Assembly (NCBI GenBank): GCA_021816695.1
Contig: JAKAXE010000002.1
Coordinates: forward strand, 28,914 to 92,913
Direction: 5' to 3'
DNA length: 64,000 nucleotides
From: a bacterium
GTDB taxonomy: Bacteria; Chloroflexota; Dormibacteria; Aeolococcales; Bog-877
Positions within the stretch are counted from its first letter, which is position 1, and each line of letters opens with the position of its first letter. Below are positions 38,401 through 45,229 of the stretch, one piece after another. The notes beneath the pieces were generated by a model that was not told the DNA's origin, made no database searches, and was given only the letters and a program-made list of their open reading frames with translations. The position numbers and the translations under genes were made by a program.

Positions 38401-38544
38401 CACTCGCGATGGGTCCGCCCCTCTCTCCAGATCCCGAGCAACCAGCTCGACCAGTGCCCTTGTCTTCCCGGAACCCGGGCCCCCGCTGAGACGCGTCGGC
38501 CCGACCGGCTCCAGGAGCCCCGGACCACTCGGAAAGGCGGTCAA
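35476..38544 (-). CDS. adnA: Helicase-nuclease partner subunit (AdnA/AddB-type: UvrD-like motor + RecB-family nuclease)
   Basis: TTG start overlapping the TetR stop. Walker A GGPGSGKTRAL, a C-terminal nuclease block (LELVDYKTS) and a terminal cysteine group (CLGERGCPFSTCC). 1022 aa. Its 4-nt overlap with the downstream subunit suggests a heterodimer. Confidence 0.75.
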   Translation of the reverse strand: MTAFPSGPGLLEPVGPTRLSGGPGSGKTRALVELVARDLERGADPSRVIVVLPSRAAVRDFARQLDGGGRGTSRPPLVMTHERLARWVMERSVAETRQVLGPVAEWIAMRAAVEHSRPVLGELGELADVPGFVDGLLDLCGSFSQALVSPALLASRLRSSDGILAQVTVLAANYQLALDQMGAMDTKQLAGAALACLQAHSNEWAGWADLLVVDQAEQLSPAQWYLLRELADLLAPPRRFVVAGDGTVAGGERHGPSVRCFEELFPREMRPQELVLPGNGPVVELAMRWGVPADNLVPPARAASTPAASLRIWRAEDETEEAYAVAREVRRLRLEEGVPYDQVAVVSAGGAVLLPSLVQSLRSIGVPVRLEMSPWSGSPVLSQLSAWLEALCHPTDDRRVLLALQADPGGVGEAEILRLRRWAARRRTSVAGALRSAEVGSTEGALGLRRALWLQLGGGDPGLADKRFTPPEFQGLLGTLEVELGVSDLALREFSSASALARINLSVQDAGNARELLALGPAQLREWAHILQLAARRSGWEVDRVPRPDRPEVTVVTLGQAKGRRWQRVFLVGVADRYLPGPGPTHDLLTGEDRQRLAEFVPEMEEVLAPGDWGAQERRRFLMGISRADVQLTVTWAARYGEDEVGDSRFAAALEGLGVTAGPAPSARNVTRADCLAQLASISQGAGGEVGQALPEEVRDQADLLQPWDPTVPGLVSEQVRLSATSMKSWLACPRQYHYHRLHLLEQGTAPSVLGSMAHRLLQLLYENPAVWAGDPDQFRAQGQKLIREQLMPDVRDYLCDPLAEASVDLSLRVILSRWADRIVAPGPEQVGSPVAVEVPFSLPRQGYDLTGRVDALWRRPSGDLELVDYKTSPQAPSRDVLASSISGADGKPAVDWQLPIYELAASSGALDPAAQGVRPRFVRNWYLAIEPSARFKTGLAVRGFAVGEESEEVAWTDALLTPELRRQFEVRLDHEARAIQRGVFPAAPRHDAGTCLGERGCPFSTCCDGEGSVGSGPGLPE

Positions 38545-39203
38545 ACTCCGGGTGGGAAGAGGGTGTCGGTCAACTCCGGGACCTTCGCAGGCGAGTCGGA
38601 CATCGCTCCCAGTATCCAGGTCGGATCGAGTAGCTTGCGCAGGGCCAGCGCCCGACCGGCGGCGTCGTCGCCATCGCGCAGGGATCCCCCGACCCCCTCC
38701 AGGATCGACAGCAGAAGGGTCCCCACTCCGGAAGTCCGAGCGGCTTCACCGACATCGGCGCACGCTCCGGCCTCGCGCAGCACGGCCCCCAGCACCGCTT
38801 CCTCCAAAAGGATCCTCAGGGACTGGACGCGCCGTCGGGCCGCGCCCGGGCTGCCGTTGACCACCTGGAAGAGGAAGCGAAAGCCCGCCGGAGAGGCCTC
38901 AGCGTAGCTGAGGTATGACTCGATCAGCTGGGCCAGGCTGGGGCCGGATTCGAGGTCCAGCGTCTCCAGCAACCTGTCCGCCTGATCGTTGACCACCGCC
39001 AGGAGAGCCTCGAAGCGGTTGGGAAAGTGGCGATAGACCAACGGCTTGCTCACCCCGGCCTGGGCCGCGATCGTGTCCATGGTGGTGAGGTCGAGACCAT
39101 GCGAGACGAACGCCGCCAGACTGGCATCGAGCAGCTGGCGGCGCCGCCCACCAAAGGTGAGACGGGGCCGTTTGCGCGGCTCCGGCGGCTTGCGCTCGGT
39201 CAC
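38541..39203 (-). CDS. TetR/AcrR-family transcriptional regulator
   Basis: HTH block RRRQLLDASLAAFVSHGLDLTTMDTIAAQAGVSKPLVYRHFPN. GTG at 39203 gives the normal ~18-aa lead before the HTH. An in-frame ATG at 39365 would add 54 low-complexity residues and cannot be excluded. Confidence 0.8.
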   Translation of the reverse strand: MTERKPPEPRKRPRLTFGGRRRQLLDASLAAFVSHGLDLTTMDTIAAQAGVSKPLVYRHFPNRFEALLAVVNDQADRLLETLDLESGPSLAQLIESYLSYAEASPAGFRFLFQVVNGSPGAARRRVQSLRILLEEAVLGAVLREAGACADVGEAARTSGVGTLLLSILEGVGGSLRDGDDAAGRALALRKLLDPTWILGAMSDSPAKVPELTDTLFPPGV

Positions 39204-39521
39204 CTGCCCTACGGTCTCGATCGCGGGATTGCCCAGCCAGGGTGCGAGCTGGCGTGGGGCTCTCACCTCAGCAGGGCTCCCCGAGCGCGGGCGCAGGGGA
39301 TGATGCGCGCACCCTGGCGAGCTCGGCGCCGTCCGGGTCGGGTCCCAGGAGCCTCGGCATCGCATTCTGCCTCCTCGCTTGCGGCCATTCTACGGTGAGC
39401 TGACTGCGAAATGGGGATTGCTACACTTGCCCGCGGCTCGAACCAGCTCAGTGCGGCCATCTCCCGGGCCCCCGGGGACCCCACGTTCGGGCCGCCGCCC
39501 GGGAGAGGAGGGATTCTGGTT

Positions 39522-40958
39522 ATGGAAGCAACCGTGGACGACCAGCGATTTCAGCGCGGCTACATAGGCGGCGAGTTCGTCGAGCTTGAGGGGCAGGAGC
39601 GGATCCCGGTCCTCGAAGCCTCCACCGGCGAGGTATTGGCCGAGGTGACGGAGGCGGCCGCGAGCGACGTCGATCGCGCGGTCCGGGCCGCGCAAGGGGC
39701 GCTGCCGGCCTGGGCGGCTGAGCCAGCGGATGAGCGGGCGGCCGCGCTCCGGCGCTGGCGCCAGGTCATGGACGGGCGCGCGGAGGAATTCGCCACCTCT
39801 ATCAGTAGGGAGGTGGGTACTCCGATCCGCCACTCGCGCTCCATCCAGGTAGGCAACCCCCTGGCGATCCTGGCTCACACCGCGGACGCGCTCACCTCGA
39901 TGACCTTGAGCGAACACCTGGGCAACTGCCTGGTGGTCCGCGAACCGGTGGGCGTGGTGGGGGCCATCACCCCTTGGAACTACCCGCTCCAGCAGGTGGT
40001 GGCCAAGGTGGCGCCGGCGCTGGCCGCAGGGTGCACGGTGGTCCTCAAAGCCAGCGAGGTGGCACCGCTCACAGCCTTCATCCTGGCGGAGACAGCCGGA
40101 GCCTCGGGACTCCCTCCAGGTGTCTTCAACGTGCTGGTAGGGCGAGGCGAGGTCACCGGGGAAGCGTTGGTCACCCACCCCCTGGTGGACAAGCTGTCTT
40201 TCACCGGCTCTACCCGGGCGGGTCGCAGGATCGCCGAACTCGCCGGTTCTCTGGTTCGCCCGGTGACCCTTGAGCTGGGGGGCAAGTCCGCCAGTGTGGT
40301 CCTGGACGATGCGGACCTGGCCACGGCGGCCAAGTTCGCGGTGTACAACGCCTTTCTGAACTCGGGGCAGACTTGTACCGCCTTAACCCGGCTGGTGGTG
40401 CCCCGCGCCCGAATCAGGGAGGCGGAGGAGGTGGCCGCCGCCACGGCTGCCAAGTTGGTGCCCGGCGATCCGCTGGACGAGGCTACCCGGCTCGGCCCGC
40501 TGGCCTCACAGGTCCAGCTCGAGCGAGTTCGCGGCTACATTCGCCTGGGCATTGAGGAGGGAGCCCGGCTGATCTGCGGGGGAGCGGAGCCGCCAGCGGG
40601 CCGGGAGCGCGGTTACTTCGTCCAGCCCACCATCTTCAGCGAGGTGGACCCGGGCATGACGATCGCTCAGGAGGAGATCTTCGGCCCGGTTCTCTGCATC
40701 ATCGGCCACGATGGGGACGACCATGCGCTGGAGATCGCCAATGGCACCCCCTATGGGCTGGCGGCTGCGGTCTGGTCGGCGGACCAGCAGCGAGCTCTGG
40801 CCGTGGCCCAACGCCTGCGGGCGGGGACGGTTGAGGTGAACGGCGGGGCATTCAGCACCGAAGCTCCCTTCGGAGGCGTCCGCCAGTCGGGGTATGGCCG
40901 GGAATTCGGCCGCTACGGGATCGAGGAGTTTTTGACCGAGAAGTCACTCCAGCTCTGA
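39522..40958 (+). CDS. NAD(P)+-dependent aldehyde dehydrogenase family protein
   Basis: Start trimmed to ATG 39522 behind a GAGGAGG SD. Blocks: PWNYP, LELGGKS and catalytic-Cys region FLNSGQTCTA, EEIFGPV. 478 aa. Confidence 0.9.
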   Translation: MEATVDDQRFQRGYIGGEFVELEGQERIPVLEASTGEVLAEVTEAAASDVDRAVRAAQGALPAWAAEPADERAAALRRWRQVMDGRAEEFATSISREVGTPIRHSRSIQVGNPLAILAHTADALTSMTLSEHLGNCLVVREPVGVVGAITPWNYPLQQVVAKVAPALAAGCTVVLKASEVAPLTAFILAETAGASGLPPGVFNVLVGRGEVTGEALVTHPLVDKLSFTGSTRAGRRIAELAGSLVRPVTLELGGKSASVVLDDADLATAAKFAVYNAFLNSGQTCTALTRLVVPRARIREAEEVAAATAAKLVPGDPLDEATRLGPLASQVQLERVRGYIRLGIEEGARLICGGAEPPAGRERGYFVQPTIFSEVDPGMTIAQEEIFGPVLCIIGHDGDDHALEIANGTPYGLAAAVWSADQQRALAVAQRLRAGTVEVNGGAFSTEAPFGGVRQSGYGREFGRYGIEEFLTEKSLQL

Positions 40959-41051
40959 TCCCGGTTCGGGCGCCAGTCCCTGGCGTGCGCCGCTCGCCAC
41001 CCTGAAGGCGAGCCGGGGGGCGGCACCCAGATGGTCCCGCTCCCGGTCTCG

Positions 41052-41471
41052 TCAGAGCGTCTGGACCGCGGCGGCTTCCGAACAGGCGATCACGTACTCG
41101 CCGACGCCCACGATGTCGTCAACGAGGTCGCTGAAGTCGGACAGCTGTTCCGCGCCCCAGATCTTGCCGGCGGTGGCACAGGCGTGGATGTGCAGGTCGC
41201 CCTGCGCCTTCAGGTTGCGCAGCTGAGCCATGGGGAGCGGGATCTGGTGCTTGGCAATCCCCGCTTCCATCTCGGCCCGGAGTTCCGGGTGGTCGTAGGT
41301 GGGGCTCTCACTGGAGGCCACGTCCCGGCGGAAGGCTCGGGCCCCGCCCAGAAGAAGGTACAGGTCAACGCGCTGGTCCAGAGCCACCGCTCCTCCGATC
41401 ACGGTGGAGGCCACCAGCAGCTTCTCCTCGCTGCCACTCGCCAGTCCGGCAACCATCTTGGCCATCTTCAT
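41052..41471 (-). CDS. DsrE/DsrF-like sulfur-relay family protein (second copy)
   Basis: 139 aa. DsrE-fold pattern with a conserved Cys in LHIHACATAGKIWG. Last gene of the hdr-like operon. Confidence 0.65.
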   Translation of the reverse strand: MKMAKMVAGLASGSEEKLLVASTVIGGAVALDQRVDLYLLLGGARAFRRDVASSESPTYDHPELRAEMEAGIAKHQIPLPMAQLRNLKAQGDLHIHACATAGKIWGAEQLSDFSDLVDDIVGVGEYVIACSEAAAVQTL

Positions 41472-41484
41472 CCCCCCAACACCA

Positions 41485-41961
41485 TCAGACGAACAAGTTC
41501 ACGCCGGCTTGGTCTGCCTCGGCCAGATAGCTGGCCACCCCGACGTACTCCAGACCATCCACCAGCTCATCCTCGGCGAGGCCGAGCACGTCCATGGACA
41601 TCTTGCAGGCGATCATCTTCACGCCCTGCTCGCGCGCGCTGGCCATCAGATCCTCCAGGGACATGACGTTCTGCTGGCGCATCACCCGGCGCATGAGGCG
41701 CGGCCCCACCCCCAGAAAGTTCATCTGCGAGAGCCGGAGCCGGGCGGTGCCCCGGGGCATCATGGCCCCGAACATGGCCTGGAGCAGCGCCTTGTGGTGG
41801 CGCGGCGCCGAGCTCTTGCGCAGAATGTTGAGCCCCCAGAAGGTGAAGAACATAGTCACCTCATCGCCCATGGCGGCGGCGCCGGTGGCGATGATGAAGG
41901 CGGCGATGGCCCGGTCCAGGTCGCCACTGAACACGATGAGCGTCTTCTTAGAGCTGTCCAT
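41485..41961 (-). CDS. DsrE/DsrF/DrsH-like (COG2210-type, DsrE3-like) sulfur-carrier protein
   Basis: TLIVFSGDLDRAIAAFIIATGAAAMGDEVTMFFTFWGL and the Cys block VKMIACKMSMDVLGL are typical of the DsrE3/peroxiredoxin-like subgroup found next to hdr-like genes. Confidence 0.7.
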   Translation of the reverse strand: MDSSKKTLIVFSGDLDRAIAAFIIATGAAAMGDEVTMFFTFWGLNILRKSSAPRHHKALLQAMFGAMMPRGTARLRLSQMNFLGVGPRLMRRVMRQQNVMSLEDLMASAREQGVKMIACKMSMDVLGLAEDELVDGLEYVGVASYLAEADQAGVNLFV

Positions 41962-42934
41962 CTGACTCTCCTTCCGGGCCCTCGCAGGCTCGCAACAGGT
42001 AGTCGGAGATGTCCTCGATCGCGATCGCGTCTTCGGCTGCCTTCTCCAGATTGACGAAGCACAGGGGGCACATGGTGACCGCTCGGCCCGCCACCGCCCG
42101 CAGCTCCCCGACCCGCCGGGCCGCCTGTTCCGCCGCCCGCCTCGGGAAGAGTGATTCGGCCGGTCCCCCGCAGCACCAGGTCATGGTGCCGCTGTGGGCC
42201 GGCTCGCGCACCGTGAGCCCGGCTTGGTCCAGTAGCCGGCGGGGGGCGTCCACCACCCCCTCGTAGCGGGCAAAGATGCACGAGTCGTGGATCGCCACCT
42301 CGCCCGCCAGTTTTCGAGTGGGACCGAAGCCCCGCTCCGCCAGCACCTCCAGGTAGCTGCGCACCTTGAGGTCGTAACCGGGGATCAGCCCCGGGTAGAC
42401 CGAGCGCAGCATGTTGGTGGTGTGGGGATCGATGGTGATGGCCTCCTTCACCCCGTACTGCTGGAACACGGCGTACACGGTGCGGGCATGGGCGGCCAGG
42501 ATCTCGTCCACCCCCATGTCGTAGATCAGCGCCCCGGAGTAGAGGTCCTCCTCGAACAGGGAACCGAAGTCGACGCCCGCGCGGCGCAACAGCAGGGCCA
42601 CGTTGTGGGGGATCCGGTCGTACACCGACCGCTCCGCAGAGCTGGGGTGGGCCATGAACCCGGCGAGGTTCAGGACCCGGTTCACCTGGCGGCCGAACCC
42701 GGTGAAGCCGGCCAGGAAGGAGTCACCCAGCCGCTCCTCGGCGGCAACCAGCTGCTCGATGTAGGGGATCAGCTGGTACATCTGACCGGTGTAGAGGACC
42801 GTGTCCCCGCCCCGACGCAGGTGCAGCCCCTCCGTCCAGCGGATGGCATTGGCGGCGGGGATGGGAAGTACCGACTTGCGCAGCCGCAGGTTGTCGGCCA
42901 GGATCGCGATGGTGTCGGAGGTGGCCAGTGGCAT
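41948..42934 (-). CDS. hdrB: HdrB-like CCG-domain iron-sulfur protein (single CCG motif)
   Basis: The C-terminal half carries C-x37-CC-x(~37)-C-x2-C (HDSC...TWCCGGP...MCPLC), the CCG-domain signature. The N-terminal ~230 aa has no cysteine, so only one non-cubane-cluster site seems to be present. Confidence 0.75.
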   Translation of the reverse strand: MPLATSDTIAILADNLRLRKSVLPIPAANAIRWTEGLHLRRGGDTVLYTGQMYQLIPYIEQLVAAEERLGDSFLAGFTGFGRQVNRVLNLAGFMAHPSSAERSVYDRIPHNVALLLRRAGVDFGSLFEEDLYSGALIYDMGVDEILAAHARTVYAVFQQYGVKEAITIDPHTTNMLRSVYPGLIPGYDLKVRSYLEVLAERGFGPTRKLAGEVAIHDSCIFARYEGVVDAPRRLLDQAGLTVREPAHSGTMTWCCGGPAESLFPRRAAEQAARRVGELRAVAGRAVTMCPLCFVNLEKAAEDAIAIEDISDYLLRACEGPEGESDGQL

Positions 42935-42937
42935 CCC

Positions 42938-43252
42938 TCACCTCCCCTCTAGATGGAAGACATTGCGGTCGAAGTAGTGCCGGAGCGCCCGCACGTTCTC
43001 AGTGATGTGGACCCCGGCCGGGCAGCTCACCTCACAGAGCTTGCAGAGCAGGCAGGAGAACACTTCCTCCTGGTGCTGGAGCACCTCCTCCTCCATCCCC
43101 AGGACCACGTAGGCGAACACCTCACGGGGAAGATGGCGCAGCCCGAGGGGGCAGATGGCAGTGCAGATGCCGCAGTTCATGCAGGCCGAGGGGTTGAAAG
43201 ATGGGTCCATCCCCACCCTCTCCGCCAGGTCAGGCTGGAGTGCGGCGGTCAT
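42938..43252 (-). CDS. hdrC: HdrC-like 2x[4Fe-4S] ferredoxin-type subunit
   Basis: Two cluster motifs, CMNCGICTAICP and CLLCKLCEVSCP. 104 aa, immediately upstream of hdrB. Confidence 0.75.
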   Translation of the reverse strand: MTAALQPDLAERVGMDPSFNPSACMNCGICTAICPLGLRHLPREVFAYVVLGMEEEVLQHQEEVFSCLLCKLCEVSCPAGVHITENVRALRHYFDRNVFHLEGR

Positions 43253-43497
43253 GGCGTAAGCCGCTCCAGCGCCCGGTAGTGGAAGAGCCCTTCATCGTCG
43301 GCCTCGGAACTCTCGGCGAGGTAGCCGTACTTGCGCATCCCCATCACCCAGTACATGACCTCGTGGGTGGGGCAGCCGATCAGGCCGGCGATCTCGGGCA
43401 CGGTGCGTGGCCCATCAGCCACGGCCTTCAGGATCTCACGTCGCCGAAGCGGCTCCTCCCGGATCACCTCGCGCAGGTCGCGGCTCTCAACGACCAT
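43249..43497 (-). CDS. Small (82 aa) winged-helix-like protein embedded in the hdr-like operon
   Basis: The pattern RREILKAVADGPRTVPEIAGLIGCPTHEVMYWVMGMRKYGYL resembles an ArsR/MarR-like wHTH (helix-turn-helix plus wing). It overlaps hdrC by 4 nt and starts 1 nt after the hdrA stop. Confidence 0.55.
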   Translation of the reverse strand: MVVESRDLREVIREEPLRRREILKAVADGPRTVPEIAGLIGCPTHEVMYWVMGMRKYGYLAESSEADDEGLFHYRALERLTP

Positions 43498-43498
43498 C

Positions 43499-45229
43499 TC
43501 AGGCGACCCCCGCGGCCAAGCTCTCGATCATCGCCTCGACCTCCCTGCCGGTGTATCCCAGGACGTTGATGGCGTGCTCCGGGCAGAGCGGGGCACAGCC
43601 GCCGCAGCCCTTGCAGGTCGCGGGGTCGATGACCGCCACCTGGCGGCCCCCACCCAGCTCCTGCTGCCCGATGGCGCCGTACGGGCAGGCCTCGGTGCAG
43701 GCCCCACAGAAGGTGCAGAGGTCCGGGTCCACGGTTGCCACCTGCGGATCCAGCTCGGCCCTCCCCTGCTTCAGCATGGCGGCGCTCCAGGAGACCGCCG
43801 CCAGCCCGGAGGCCACGCTCTCCCCCGCCGTCTTGGGGAACTGGCATGCGCCGCAGATGGCCACCCCGTCCACCACCGTCTCCACCGGTCGGAGCTTGGG
43901 ATGGATCTCGTTGAAGAACCCGTCTCTGCCCACGGGCAGCTTGAGCCTTTGGATCAGCTCCTGGTTCGAGCGGGGCACCATCCCGGTCACCAGGACCACC
44001 AGGTCCACGTCCAGGGTGACCTCCTCCTGGCTGGTGAGCTGGTCATGGACCCTTACCTCCAGCTGACCATCCCCACGGCGCTGGACCTCAGGCGGGGTGT
44101 CGGGCGCGAACTTCAGGTAGGCGGATCCCTTCTCCCGGGAATCGTTGTAGAGGAGCTCGTAGCGTCCGTAGGTGCGCATGTCCCGGTAGAGGTGGTACTG
44201 GTGGGCCTTGGGGGACTTGGCCCGGAGCTCCAGGTCGGTGTGCACCGCCGAGGTGCAGCAGAAGCGGGAGCAGTACTGGTGCGGCCCGCCCTCTCCCTGG
44301 CGGCTCCCGACGCAGTAGATGTAGGCGACAGAGCGGACCGGGCGGTCCCCGTAGACCAGCGGACCCTCGCTGGCGTCCACCAGCTTCTTGAACTCCGGGA
44401 GGGTCAGGACACCGGGGATGCCGTACCCGTACTCCCCCTCCTCCGGGAGATAGCTGTCGAACCCCGTGGCGACGATGATCGAGCCCACCTCGAAGCGGCG
44501 GGTCATGTTGGAGTCGCCGCGGGTCCGGATGTCCACCTCGTAATTCCCGAAGGTGCCGCCCTTGCGAACCAGCTCAGCGTTGGTAAAGAGCGCGATCCCC
44601 TCCCGGCGCCGGACCTCACCCAGGAGCTCCGAGATCAACTCCTGCCCCTGGCGGTCATGCGGATACATGGTCCCCAGCTCTCGCACGTGGCCCCCCACCT
44701 CCGCCTCGCGCTCGATGAGGATCACCCCAAGGCCGATGTCCGCCAGACCGATCGCGGCGCGCAGCCCCGCGATCCCGGCGCCGATGACCAGCGCCCGAGG
44801 AACGGTCTCCACCACGGTCGGGTCGAGCGGCTCGAGCAGACGGGTTCGGGCGATCCCGGCTCGAACCAGCCGAATCGCCTTCTCGGTGGCTCCCAGGCGG
44901 TCGTCGGTGTGGGCCCAGGAGTCCTGCTCCCGCAGGTTCACCTGCGTGTAGCGGTAGGGGTTGAGGCCAGCGCGCCGGGCCACTCCGCGAAAGGTGAAGG
45001 TGTGGAGCTTGGGGGAGCAGGAGGCGACCACCAGGCCGTCCAGGTCGTCGAGCTTGATGTCGTCGACAATCTCCTCCTGGGTGGCGTCGGAGCAGGTGAA
45101 CATCGCGGTTCGGGCCACCACCACGTCGGGGTCTTCGGCCACGGCCTGGCGAACCCGCTCGACGTCCACGTAGTCGGAGATGTTGCCGCCGCACTGGCAG
45201 ACGTAGACGCCGATCTTGCGCTCGCTCAT
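43499..45229 (-). CDS. hdrA: HdrA-like FAD/FeS oxidoreductase (heterodisulfide reductase subunit A family)
   Basis: KIGVYVCQCGGNISDYVD...ASCSPKLH...NPYRYTQVNLREQDSWAH block, FAD motif ALVIGAGIAGLRAA, HdrA motif YCSRFCC, and a C-terminal 2x[4Fe-4S] (CTFCGACTEACP, CKGCGGCAPLCP). Confidence 0.8.
   Translation of the reverse strand: MSERKIGVYVCQCGGNISDYVDVERVRQAVAEDPDVVVARTAMFTCSDATQEEIVDDIKLDDLDGLVVASCSPKLHTFTFRGVARRAGLNPYRYTQVNLREQDSWAHTDDRLGATEKAIRLVRAGIARTRLLEPLDPTVVETVPRALVIGAGIAGLRAAIGLADIGLGVILIEREAEVGGHVRELGTMYPHDRQGQELISELLGEVRRREGIALFTNAELVRKGGTFGNYEVDIRTRGDSNMTRRFEVGSIIVATGFDSYLPEEGEYGYGIPGVLTLPEFKKLVDASEGPLVYGDRPVRSVAYIYCVGSRQGEGGPHQYCSRFCCTSAVHTDLELRAKSPKAHQYHLYRDMRTYGRYELLYNDSREKGSAYLKFAPDTPPEVQRRGDGQLEVRVHDQLTSQEEVTLDVDLVVLVTGMVPRSNQELIQRLKLPVGRDGFFNEIHPKLRPVETVVDGVAICGACQFPKTAGESVASGLAAVSWSAAMLKQGRAELDPQVATVDPDLCTFCGACTEACPYGAIGQQELGGGRQVAVIDPATCKGCGGCAPLCPEHAINVLGYTGREVEAMIESLAAGVA

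Noticed and set aside
40992-41013. Hairpin GCTCGCC-N8-GGCGAGC between the convergent aldehyde dehydrogenase and dsrE genes, as a bidirectional intrinsic terminator
   Set aside because: No U-tract follows the stem on either strand, so I cannot support calling it a terminator.
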